IMG/VR virus record: IMGVR_UViG_3300042923_000231
Location: 1 to 26,028 of that record
Strand: one strand, 5' to 3'
DNA from: a virus
Lineage: Duplodnaviria > Caudoviricetes
DNA length: 26,028 nt
Below are positions 1 through 8,270 of the stretch, in pieces. Position numbers and translations under genes: made by a program. The number at the start of each line of letters is the position of its first letter. Position 1 is the stretch's first letter. A model generated the notes under the pieces. The model did no database searches. It worked only from the letters and a program-made list of their open reading frames with translations, and had not been told where the DNA came from.

Positions 1-141
1 GTTCAACGCTGCATGTTTAACCTGAATTGTTTTTGCTCTAACATGTGTTAATTGTCTAGCTACAAATGCACTTGACGTATCATCTAAATTTAACGTATTC
101 AATGATTCTTGATCTAATCTAAGTAATGTTTCTTTTTCCAT
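1..141 (-). CDS. Major capsid protein, DUF2184-like (5' part only, runs off the window)
   Basis: Not in ORF track; SD AAGGGGTG then ATG at 141; MEKETLLRLDQESLNTLNLDDTSSAFVARQLTHVRAKTIQVKHAALN; FxARQL motif and position after DUF2213 and decoration genes. Confidence 0.75.
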   Translation of the reverse strand, partial: MEKETLLRLDQESLNTLNLDDTSSAFVARQLTHVRAKTIQVKHAALN

Positions 142-155
142 TATTTCACCCCTTC

Positions 156-611
156 TTATTTACGAATCCGTAATCTTGTTAATCCACCGATAGCAGCACT
201 ATCTAAAAATGTTGCATTTGCAATAGCTATCGACAATGCTGTTGTTGACGGACAAAAACTATATACGCCTGCACTACCTAAAATTCCAGCCGCATCACCA
301 GCCACAACTGCTGTTCCAACTTTTACATAAATGTCACCATTGGTCTTAACTGGAACTGAATCATATTGCTTGTAATAAGGTGTTTGTGGCTCTTTGTGTG
401 TATGTACTGTAATACCAATTACTTTAGCTGCTCCTGCATCGTCAATAGGTACTTTTACTGTACCTTCAATTGTGCCACGAATTACTGGTTGCCCAGCTTC
501 TGCGCCAGCAACTAGCTCAATGGCAAATGAATCAATAGTATTGGACGTGCTATCGGCAATTTGTCCTTCTAAGCCTTTGTCTAAATCTCTTGTATACCAA
601 TCTAAAGCCAT
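156..611 (-). CDS. Head decoration/cement-type structural protein
   Basis: 151 aa, Ala/Gly-rich with GDIYVKVGTAVVAGD motif; lies between scaffold and capsid. Confidence 0.7.
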   Translation of the reverse strand: MALDWYTRDLDKGLEGQIADSTSNTIDSFAIELVAGAEAGQPVIRGTIEGTVKVPIDDAGAAKVIGITVHTHKEPQTPYYKQYDSVPVKTNGDIYVKVGTAVVAGDAAGILGSAGVYSFCPSTTALSIAIANATFLDSAAIGGLTRLRIRK

Positions 612-1816
612 TATTTGTTCCCTCCCTTGTATGCATTTGCTTCATCTTCTCTGATTTTAGCTTCAATCGCGTCTAAATCGTCTTCATCAATGTTTTTATC
701 TTGATCTTTGTTATCATGCATTGCTTGACGATTCTTTTTAGCTGAATCTTGATTTTGTTTAACTTCGCCTTTACACATATCAAATGCAGCCGTAATATAA
801 TCTTCCGATTTCCCATCGATATTAAATGAATCGCCACGAACCTTTTTAATGATAGCAATTTTAATATCTTTATCCTGCATTTCATCTGCTTTATCAATGT
901 TATGTTGTTTTGCTGTTTCTAAAATTTCAACACGAGACTTTACAGCTTCATCAAAGTTAGCTTTAAATTCAGTTTCTTTTTTTGTAGCATCTTCTTTTAA
1001 CTGTTTAGTTGTTGCTTCTGCTGAATCGTACTTAGCTTGTAATGTTTCTTGGTTTTTCTTTTGTACTGCTGCATCTTTACGCATTTGTTCAACTACGATT
1101 TTAACCTCTGGAGCACATTCGTACTCAATCCCAGAGTCTAATCTAATTTTGTCCATCTTTTCACCTTCATCTTTCCTGTTTAATATTTTGTCTGCCATAG
1201 TGACAACTTTGTCATGCTCTTCTTGTGTCATTTTGCCATTTTTAAGCATTTGTGTTGCTTTTTCTTTTGATTTTGTTGCTTGCATTTTATCCATCATTGG
1301 GAAATTAGCATCATCTTCGTACATTTGGTCGCCGTCCATGTTTAGTCTTGCGACTCCGGCACGCCCCTTCGGTACGATTGCAAGATGATTGTATTTTATG
1401 TTGCGCTGTATAGCATCGTAATGCTGTCCTTGATAAACACCCGGCGTTTCATCAAGTTTTAATGAGTATCCACAGGACAATTCTCTTGAATCTGTCGGAA
1501 GTCTAAAAATACTCACATCAGCACGAATATTTTCACCGTCTTGCTCTCCATTACCTAAAACAGTACCAAGTATAGGGATATTGCCTGCATTATCAGCATT
1601 TGCATTTTGTACATGTCCTAATGTAATAGGTTTACCTCTAATACTAGCTAATGAATCAGCCTTAAATGCTTCTTCCGGCGGTCTATACTCAACCCTTATA
1701 CTGCCATCTGCGTTTAAGTACTTCATTAGTCCAACACGGCCAATGACTGGCTTGTCTAATATAAATCCTTCATCTGTTTTAACCGCCTTTAACGGTACGT
1801 TATCGTATCTTATCAT
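611..1816 (-). CDS. DUF2213 protein (putative prohead protease with coiled-coil scaffold)
   Basis: EYRPPEEAF, GKPITLGH, ELSCGY and YNHLAIVPKGRAG motifs; coiled-coil C-terminal half. Confidence 0.88.
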   Translation of the reverse strand: MIRYDNVPLKAVKTDEGFILDKPVIGRVGLMKYLNADGSIRVEYRPPEEAFKADSLASIRGKPITLGHVQNANADNAGNIPILGTVLGNGEQDGENIRADVSIFRLPTDSRELSCGYSLKLDETPGVYQGQHYDAIQRNIKYNHLAIVPKGRAGVARLNMDGDQMYEDDANFPMMDKMQATKSKEKATQMLKNGKMTQEEHDKVVTMADKILNRKDEGEKMDKIRLDSGIEYECAPEVKIVVEQMRKDAAVQKKNQETLQAKYDSAEATTKQLKEDATKKETEFKANFDEAVKSRVEILETAKQHNIDKADEMQDKDIKIAIIKKVRGDSFNIDGKSEDYITAAFDMCKGEVKQNQDSAKKNRQAMHDNKDQDKNIDEDDLDAIEAKIREDEANAYKGGNK

Positions 1817-1852
1817 TTACACACCCCCTTTCTGCGAATAGTCCTTTTATTG

Positions 1853-1870
1853 GAGTGGATTGCTCCACTC
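1853..1870. promoter_or_regulatory. Hairpin GAGTGGA-ttgc-TCCACTC in the leader of the DUF2213 gene
   Basis: Perfect 7-bp stem covering a GTG that lies 5 nt after the SD GGAGGTG. Confidence 0.45.
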
Positions 1871-1933
1871 GATCACCTCCTGCGAAGAAAGTACAATTAA
1901 TGACTTATTCATAATAAACAACACCTTTCGATA

Positions 1934-2719
1934 TTATTTTCTAACTCCAATATAATTAATTTTATTAGTGTCAATAACAGGTAAAGCAACACATCTGCAT
2001 GATATTGGATAACCGGGATGACCATCACTAGGCGGCTTATCCCAACTAAACCGTTCACCGTCTCTCGCTACATGCAACGGCCTAACTTTTTTATCGTGAG
2101 AACTTGACCAATCATATTCTTCAATGCCTATGCCTGTTTGTCGTTGCTGTGTTAGTTGTCCATTTAACTTACCTGCCTGATCCCTTGCTATTAGTTGTGC
2201 TCTGCTTTTTGACACGCCTGTTAACTCTTGTATTTGTTGCGTTACACTTGTAGTCAACGTTCCTTGCGTTACTGCGTTTGATACGATGTTTTCCACTCTA
2301 GAAAAGTATTGATCCTCTACACTCGTAATCAAAGATACATTTTGTTTAGTCCACAAAGTTTTTAAATCATTTAAATAAGGCTCTGCTTGGAAAATATCTA
2401 CTTTTAATGCGCTTTTTAATACTAAATTAAATTCGTTTTTATTAAACCTGTTTACTGTTTCAAACATTTGTTCTATTTTATTTTTAACAAACTCTTTTGT
2501 AACCTTAGAACGATATGTAGCTATTAATGTAGCTATTAGCATATCAAGTTGTGTGTTTAATTCATCATCTAGCCTGTATTGCTTTATGTAGCCATTGATA
2601 AAACTAACGTTCTCTGTAGTTGCGCTATACATTTGATTAACTAATGCTGTTAGCTGTTTTTGGTAGGCCCTTTCATTTGATAAGGGATACTTCCATTTGC
2701 GTTTAGAAACAATCTCCAT
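1934..2719 (-). CDS. Minor head protein (SPP1 gp7 / Mu gpF family)
   Basis: RAQLIARDQ, YDWSSSHDKKVRPLH and HPGYPISCRCVA motifs. Confidence 0.92.
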   Translation of the reverse strand: MEIVSKRKWKYPLSNERAYQKQLTALVNQMYSATTENVSFINGYIKQYRLDDELNTQLDMLIATLIATYRSKVTKEFVKNKIEQMFETVNRFNKNEFNLVLKSALKVDIFQAEPYLNDLKTLWTKQNVSLITSVEDQYFSRVENIVSNAVTQGTLTTSVTQQIQELTGVSKSRAQLIARDQAGKLNGQLTQQRQTGIGIEEYDWSSSHDKKVRPLHVARDGERFSWDKPPSDGHPGYPISCRCVALPVIDTNKINYIGVRK

Positions 2720-2722
2720 TTG

Positions 2723-4048
2723 TTACACCACCTTTGGCGGTTGTCCTGTATTATCGAGTGTCCTATCTATCTTATAATCGCTATGTTCTTCTAATGTATC
2801 TCTGATTTCCATCGAATCTAAAGAACCAATATCGTGATAAGTTTTAGCCGCATCAGCTTCATGCGCTTTCGCTTGTGCTTCTAAGTTTTTAGCTTCTGCT
2901 TTTTCTTTTTCGCTTGGTATCTTAAGTGGTTCGAATTCTATTGTGAATTTGTCTGGCAACTTAATCCCATGAGCAATAGCAATAATTTGTACTAGCTTGC
3001 TTAATGCAGGTTTTAGTTTTATACGCATAATACGTTCAACCATACTGTAATAAGTTTCAAAATCTGCATCACCAGATGAATTTAAACCTGCCGTGCTTCT
3101 GCCAAACAATATTGAAATTGGAATCGTTGCATCTGCTGATAATCCACCTTGCATACGATCAATAATATCGCTAACGCCAGTAACAGAAACGTTTTTCATC
3201 TCGTAATCGTCTTTGCCATCGATAGCCACCGTATTCATGATATGCCTTGTTAGATCAATCATGTTTATGTATTTGCGAACGTTTGTTTCTCCATCCGTCA
3301 TTTGCAGCTGGTTCATTAATCCTTCAATTTTCATAATACCCTGTGACAATCTACTTAACAACATCATTGCAAGACTATTTGCTTCATCGTAATTGCCAAG
3401 GCTTTTATCGATTGATTCTAGTATCATTGCGCCCCAACCATTACGCGCCCTGCGAACGTTGTTCGGCAATACTCCACCATCAAGAATAATCAGCCTTGAC
3501 TCATGTACTGTGTAATTTGCTCCTGTTTCTCCATCGTTAATCGTATATGTTTCAACTTGTTCGTATTTAGGATTGTTTGTATCAATATACCTAGCGCATG
3601 GATTTACTTCTCTGGCTGAATATACTTTAATCGACTCAATTGCTGTTATTTTATCTATATTTAACGGTTCAAATAGTTCTTGCCCATCTACTACGTTTGC
3701 AAATATAACCGATCCGCCATAACACCTATCAAACGACAACGCTTTAGACATTTGTAATTCACCCTGATAATCTTCATACAAACTTTGAATATCATCGTTT
3801 ATATCAAGTTCCTGCTCTCCATCCTTCAAACAAAACTTAACCCTTGTAGCTTCATCGGCAGGCGCAGTACATATTTTCCTAAATGTTCCGTTTTCAATAA
3901 ATAGTGCTTCTGCTTGTTCCATCGTTATAAATGATGTTCTACCAAATTTATTGTACGATCGTTGATCTTTGCTTGTACCATATCCGTTAAGCACATTCAT
4001 CCAACCATCTGTACGCGATTGTCTTTGTCGACGCATAACATTTCCCAT
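2723..4048 (-). CDS. Portal protein, DUF1073 family
   Basis: VHESRLI, GWG and IPISILFGRSTAGLNSSGDADFETYY motifs; follows terL. Confidence 0.9.
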   Translation of the reverse strand: MGNVMRRQRQSRTDGWMNVLNGYGTSKDQRSYNKFGRTSFITMEQAEALFIENGTFRKICTAPADEATRVKFCLKDGEQELDINDDIQSLYEDYQGELQMSKALSFDRCYGGSVIFANVVDGQELFEPLNIDKITAIESIKVYSAREVNPCARYIDTNNPKYEQVETYTINDGETGANYTVHESRLIILDGGVLPNNVRRARNGWGAMILESIDKSLGNYDEANSLAMMLLSRLSQGIMKIEGLMNQLQMTDGETNVRKYINMIDLTRHIMNTVAIDGKDDYEMKNVSVTGVSDIIDRMQGGLSADATIPISILFGRSTAGLNSSGDADFETYYSMVERIMRIKLKPALSKLVQIIAIAHGIKLPDKFTIEFEPLKIPSEKEKAEAKNLEAQAKAHEADAAKTYHDIGSLDSMEIRDTLEEHSDYKIDRTLDNTGQPPKVV

Positions 4049-4065
4049 TTTTCCACCTGCCTTGC

Positions 4066-5334
4066 TTAGTTTGTATATACATTCCAGTTACGTTCGACTG
4101 CCATATCGTCCTCACAAGCATAACGGCACATATCAATACTATGATTGTTTTTGTCTTCCAACTTGCTTTTTATATTGCCGTCCTTATCGGTCTGATAGTC
4201 AATATCTTCAAACTCTTTCGCTGTGAAAGGGCACCTGTAAGGATCGATAATTATTTCATCTAAATCATCAAGCCACTTTTCACCGTACTCAACGCTGCCC
4301 GGCCCTTTTTTTGCACCCTTTATTCTAATTCCGTAACTTTCCAATTCATCAATCGATTTTGGTTCGGCGCTATCAGCAATAATTAGGTCACTTTGATATC
4401 CTTGTTTTTTAATATCTTCTGCTACTTTGCGATTGCTAAGTTTAACGCCAAATATTTCTCCAAAAATAAAAAGTTTACGGCGTGTCTTATCATAATGCAT
4501 ACGGCCAAACGAAAAGGCATCGGCTGCGTATCCCCAGTCAATGCCCTGTCGAATATTATCAAATTGTTTAATTTCTTTATCGGTAATTCGCGTAAAAGTT
4601 AAGTTTGTGAATGGTACTACCCCAGAACCAATTGGCTCACCGCCATAATCCCATCTATACTTAAACTCATTTTTCTTTTTAACTTCTTCAGCTTCTGTTA
4701 TAAATTCTTTCGACGTATAAGGGTTATCTTTATATGTACTATGATGAACGAATACATTATCAGGTAAGAATTTAGTTTCAAATTTTTTATTTACCCATGA
4801 TTGTTTTCGTTTCGGTGGATTATACGAAAAATAAATATCATAATTTAATCCTTCTGGAAGTTCGGCGCGTACTATAGAGTTAACTATTGTGCTTACTTCA
4901 TCTTCTGTTTTAAACTCGCCAAGTTCTTCTACCCATAAAATGGCTAAAGGAAATTTTCTCATTTTAATAGACTTGATTTTTTCTGGCTTATCAGCACCAC
5001 GAAAAATAATACTATTGCCACGTGGTTTGTATGTCAGTTTAAGAGGACTTAGCTTTATTATCCATTTGTTAGATACATCTAAATAATCTATAGCCCATAA
5101 TAACTGTTCAAATACTGACGTTTCGAGCGTGTTGCCTACTTTCCTTACCGCCAGCGCACTGACTGGATTTTTCATCATATCATGGATAATGCGAATGGCA
5201 ATATGAGTGGACTTTGAACTATTACGACCGCCCTTGAGCACCTTGTACAATTTACGTTTTGTTTTCCTGTTACAATTTTTCCAAAATGGTATAAAAGCAG
5301 GAAGTACTTTTTCAGACATTTTAATCTGTATCAT
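4066..5334 (-). CDS. terL: Terminase large subunit, PBSX family
   Basis: Walker A KGGRNSSKST, Walker B LWVEE, YNPP, GIDWG and NHSIDMCRY nuclease motifs; start moved to ATG 5334 (MIQIKMSEK) from the track's 5439. Confidence 0.95.
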   Translation of the reverse strand: MIQIKMSEKVLPAFIPFWKNCNRKTKRKLYKVLKGGRNSSKSTHIAIRIIHDMMKNPVSALAVRKVGNTLETSVFEQLLWAIDYLDVSNKWIIKLSPLKLTYKPRGNSIIFRGADKPEKIKSIKMRKFPLAILWVEELGEFKTEDEVSTIVNSIVRAELPEGLNYDIYFSYNPPKRKQSWVNKKFETKFLPDNVFVHHSTYKDNPYTSKEFITEAEEVKKKNEFKYRWDYGGEPIGSGVVPFTNLTFTRITDKEIKQFDNIRQGIDWGYAADAFSFGRMHYDKTRRKLFIFGEIFGVKLSNRKVAEDIKKQGYQSDLIIADSAEPKSIDELESYGIRIKGAKKGPGSVEYGEKWLDDLDEIIIDPYRCPFTAKEFEDIDYQTDKDGNIKSKLEDKNNHSIDMCRYACEDDMAVERNWNVYTN

Positions 5335-6100
5335 CTTCATCACTTCCAATGTTGTCAATGAATTGTACGGCATCGTTTTCAGCTTCGTCTTCACCAGCGC
5401 GTTTCTTATCAAATTCAAGACGATCCTTGCCAAGTTCAATATCTGATTTTAATTTTTCAATTCTCATACGTTGTTCTTCTGTAGCTAATTCAGACCTACA
5501 AAGCTCGTCATACTGTTTAATCATTGATGTTAACGTACTCATTGCCTTTGATTGAGCAACCATAAGCGAAGCTTGTTTTTCCCATGCTTCTTGATATTGA
5601 TACATTGTAGCTTCTGTGCCACCCATAGTCACGCGCTTGGTCATATCATTTTTATCATTAACATACATAATCTTTTGTGATCTAATAATCGTTGCGTACT
5701 TAATGCAGATATTGCCCCACAGGATATCAAGTGGAGAAATCTCAGATATTTCGTCGGCTATCTCTAGTGTTTCGGCAGGAATATACTTTGCAAATAAGCC
5801 ATGCGTTACAGCATAATTATTACCGCGAGGTGCTCCACCACTATTACCGGCAGCATTTCTGTTACCTAGTTGAGCACCTCGCTTTTTTTTAGGTTGCAAC
5901 TTTTTGGTTGTAACCTTCTGGTTTAGGTTGCAACTTTTATGTTGTGTAGTTGCAACTTTTTTATTTTTCCAGTATCGAGTAGCCCAACTTTTTACTGTGC
6001 TTAAAGATACATTATATTTTTCAGCAATTTTTTTATATTTCATCCCTGCCATATAATCAACTCTTGCTTTTTCTGCTTGTTCGTTTACATATTTAGCCAT
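5321..6100 (-). CDS. terS: Terminase small subunit
   Basis: N-terminal HTH (YKKIAEKYNVSLSTVKSW..RY.W) and GAPRGNNYAVTHGLF motif; overlaps terL start. Confidence 0.9.
   Translation of the reverse strand: MAKYVNEQAEKARVDYMAGMKYKKIAEKYNVSLSTVKSWATRYWKNKKVATTQHKSCNLNQKVTTKKLQPKKKRGAQLGNRNAAGNSGGAPRGNNYAVTHGLFAKYIPAETLEIADEISEISPLDILWGNICIKYATIIRSQKIMYVNDKNDMTKRVTMGGTEATMYQYQEAWEKQASLMVAQSKAMSTLTSMIKQYDELCRSELATEEQRMRIEKLKSDIELGKDRLEFDKKRAGEDEAENDAVQFIDNIGSDEDDTD
5893..5956. repeat. Clustered palindromic GTTGCAAC boxes inside terS
   Basis: GTTGCAAC at 5893, 5927 and 5949, variant GTTGTAAC at 5907; the three exact copies are each followed by TTTT. Confidence 0.7.
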
Positions 6101-6127
6101 GTTACATATTCACCGACCCCCGAAAAT

Positions 6128-6166
6128 AAATAACTTCCGATAAATTATACTTATCGGAAGTTATTT
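6128..6166. repeat. Perfect 16-bp inverted repeat upstream of terS
   Basis: AAATAACTTCCGATAA-attatac-TTATCGGAAGTTATTT. Confidence 0.85.
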
Positions 6167-6391
6167 TGTATTTTATTAGTTTTTTTAAGTATAATGCCGT
6201 TATTTTTGATATATTTATACAGTTTTAGTTGCATAATGTGAATAATAAGCAAATGTTTATGCTGTATATTTATTGATTATGCAATTAAGTAGTCATTTAT
6301 TAAATTCATTTATGTAGTTTTGATATGTATATACCCTGTATAGTATCCAATCATATTAAACAATATTTTAGGATAAGTCCAGTCAAGGTTA

Positions 6392-6478
6392 TCATCTCAC
6401 TGCTTGTATAATAACAAACAACATTGCTAAGATTATTAGTGATGCGATATATGCCTTAATTATATTATTAGTACTCAT
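6392..6478 (-). CDS. 28-aa single-transmembrane peptide
   Basis: Not in track; SD GAGGT; MSTNNIIKAYIASLIILAMLFVIIQAVR. Confidence 0.55.
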   Translation of the reverse strand: MSTNNIIKAYIASLIILAMLFVIIQAVR

Positions 6479-6485
6479 AACTACA

Positions 6486-6629
6486 CTACCTCACTGTTTT
6501 ATTATGATTAACCTTATACTTACCATCATGCTTACTACAGTTAGCGTAAAACGGTGCTCTCATTAAGTCCTCATAGTTTATATTGTCCTGTTGTTTTGCT
6601 TTATTTTTATCGTTATCGCATTGTTTCAT
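6486..6629 (-). CDS. Hypothetical 47-aa protein
   Basis: Not in track; SD AGGAAGGTAGGA; MKQCDNDKNK...HNKTVR. Confidence 0.55.
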   Translation of the reverse strand: MKQCDNDKNKAKQQDNINYEDLMRAPFYANCSKHDGKYKVNHNKTVR

Positions 6630-6651
6630 ATTCCTACCTTCCTATATAAAT

Positions 6652-6684
6652 AAAAGCCATATGCTTAATTGCACACGGCTTTTT
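6652..6684 (-). terminator. Intrinsic terminator
   Basis: Minus RNA GCCGUGUGC-AAUUAA-GCAUAUGGC-UUUUAUUU; G.U pairs work only on the minus strand. Confidence 0.8.
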
Positions 6685-6719
6685 AATAACTAATATTGCT
6701 CTATAATTTTAATTTGGTA

Positions 6720-7055
6720 TCATATTCCATACCATACAGGAATACCTTTTGTTACACCTTTTGAAAATATGCTACTATTATTATAATTATCTTCAAAATA
6801 ATTAAGTTCTGACGTTATTATTTTACAATGTTTGCATGCTGTCCCTTGCCAGTATTCTTTTTCAGATACATTAAATATTTCAACTTTTTCATCTTTACCG
6901 CAATTACAATCATAATTATTATTTGAAATTTCTTTTATATTAATATATTCATTTTCATTTACTAACTTGTCAAATAATCCGTCCGCTGTTGTTTGATATA
7001 ATCCATTCATTATAGTACCATCTTGAAACTTTACTTTAATTAATTGATTTGACAT
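6720..7055 (-). CDS. Hypothetical protein with CxC and CxxC motifs
   Basis: 111-aa ORF coupled to the upstream gene (TAATG overlap). Confidence 0.75.
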   Translation of the reverse strand: MSNQLIKVKFQDGTIMNGLYQTTADGLFDKLVNENEYINIKEISNNNYDCNCGKDEKVEIFNVSEKEYWQGTACKHCKIITSELNYFEDNYNNSSIFSKGVTKGIPVWYGI

Positions 7056-7252
7056 TATGCTTGCACCTCATCATTAAAGTCACCAGATTCTTTAATATAA
7101 GCATATCCATATTTATTACGATAACCGTGTAATTGTTTTTCAATTATACTCATTTCAGTGTTTGCAGAAAACATTTTCATCATATGCCATTCAGATTCAA
7201 GAACAGCAACAACTATATATGATTTTTCTGGTGAATATGTAACATCTTTCAT
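7055..7252 (-). CDS. Hypothetical protein
   Basis: 65-aa ORF with SD AGGAGAAGTG. Confidence 0.7.
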   Translation of the reverse strand: MKDVTYSPEKSYIVVAVLESEWHMMKMFSANTEMSIIEKQLHGYRNKYGYAYIKESGDFNDEVQA

Positions 7253-7265
7253 ATTATCACTTCTC

Positions 7266-7403
7266 CTAATTAGCTAATATGCTAACAAATATTATGACAG
7301 TTCCCATCAAAATACTAACACTACTAACAAAGTACATAATATATTGTAGCGCTAATTTATCTGCTTTAATATAATCAATAAACGATTCTATAATATCAAT
7401 CAT
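7266..7403 (-). CDS. 45-aa membrane protein
   Basis: Not in track; MIDIIESFIDYIKADKLALQYIMYFVSSVSILMGTVIIFVSILAN fills the gap between neighbours. Confidence 0.6.
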   Translation of the reverse strand: MIDIIESFIDYIKADKLALQYIMYFVSSVSILMGTVIIFVSILAN

Positions 7404-7404
7404 C

Positions 7405-7734
7405 TTATTCATTATCCTTTGGCGGTTCTGGTAGTGCCATCCAATGCGTTACTTCACCATTAACAGGTTCGCACTCTTCTAAATTATACCATTCATTATC
7501 TTTAATAACATTTGTATCAAGAGCTTCATCGGAATACTGTGCCGAACTTACTATTTCTTTTCTCGTATTATATGCAATTACTTTTTGCCTGTGTTCTGGT
7601 AATCTATCACTACACTTTATCCATTTGCTATTTTGGTTATCTATAATTACCTGTGATAAACATTGTCTTTGACTATCAATTAATTGTTTTGGCGTTCTTC
7701 TTATTATTCCATCACCATATCCTCTAAACATCAT
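7405..7734 (-). CDS. DUF551 domain protein
   Basis: WIKCSDRLPE...VTHWMALPEPP signature. Confidence 0.85.
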   Translation of the reverse strand: MMFRGYGDGIIRRTPKQLIDSQRQCLSQVIIDNQNSKWIKCSDRLPEHRQKVIAYNTRKEIVSSAQYSDEALDTNVIKDNEWYNLEECEPVNGEVTHWMALPEPPKDNE

Positions 7735-7762
7735 AACACCGCCTTAGTATTATTTGCCTTAT

Positions 7763-7817
7763 ATATGTGGCAGGAGACAGGCTATCTCCGTTCGGTCTGC
7801 ATAACCTAGCCACATAT
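7763..7817 (-). ncRNA. Candidate structured leader RNA (three-way junction)
   Basis: P1 AUAUGUGGC/GCCACAUAU; P2 GGU...ACC flanked by UA and GAA; P3 GGAGAUA/UGUCUCC; starts immediately after a promoter. Confidence 0.55.
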
Positions 7818-7819
7818 GT

Positions 7820-7849
7820 ATTATACTATATATTACCTATTTTTATCAA
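7820..7849 (-). promoter_or_regulatory. SigA-type promoter
   Basis: TTGATA-18 nt-TATAAT. Confidence 0.7.
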
Positions 7850-7880
7850 TGTATTGTGCGATTATATTATTAACCACATT

Positions 7881-8270
7881 TTAATGTCCTGTAAATCTAT
7901 CTAACCCGCCTTTAACTTCTGTTTCTTTAAGCGAACACATTTTCCTTACTGCTACAAACTGTGCTTGCCAGCCTTCTAGCTCTGCTTCTGCTACCAAGAA
8001 TATTGCATTGGCTTGTTCTAATTCGTCTTGTGCTGTTATTACTGTATCGTCTATTTCAGCTAAAGCGTTTTGCATCGTTGCTGTCTTTGCGCTTGCATTC
8101 TTTATTTTAGCTCTTGCTAGTAACCTTTTATATTTAGTCTGTGCTATTGATACGTTGGCTTTGTACTTGGCTACTAAGTCTATTACTCTTGATATATTAT
8201 TCGCGCATTTCGATAACGATTGATTGAGTTCTAATTGGTTTGGATTTTCTGGTATTGTGAATTTATCCAT
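7881..8270 (-). CDS. Hypothetical coiled-coil protein
   Basis: 129-aa helical ORF overlapping the upstream stop. Confidence 0.75.
   Translation of the reverse strand: MDKFTIPENPNQLELNQSLSKCANNISRVIDLVAKYKANVSIAQTKYKRLLARAKIKNASAKTATMQNALAEIDDTVITAQDELEQANAIFLVAEAELEGWQAQFVAVRKMCSLKETEVKGGLDRFTGH

Noticed and set aside
673-897. 74-aa minus-strand ORF
   Set aside because: Alternative frame entirely inside the DUF2213 gene
5335-5439. Extended terL N-terminus from the track
   Set aside because: Long overlap with terS; the family-like start and SD lie at about 5334
7763-7817. tRNA or self-cleaving ribozyme
   Set aside because: No cloverleaf or TTC-arm, and no hammerhead, twister or pistol core recognised
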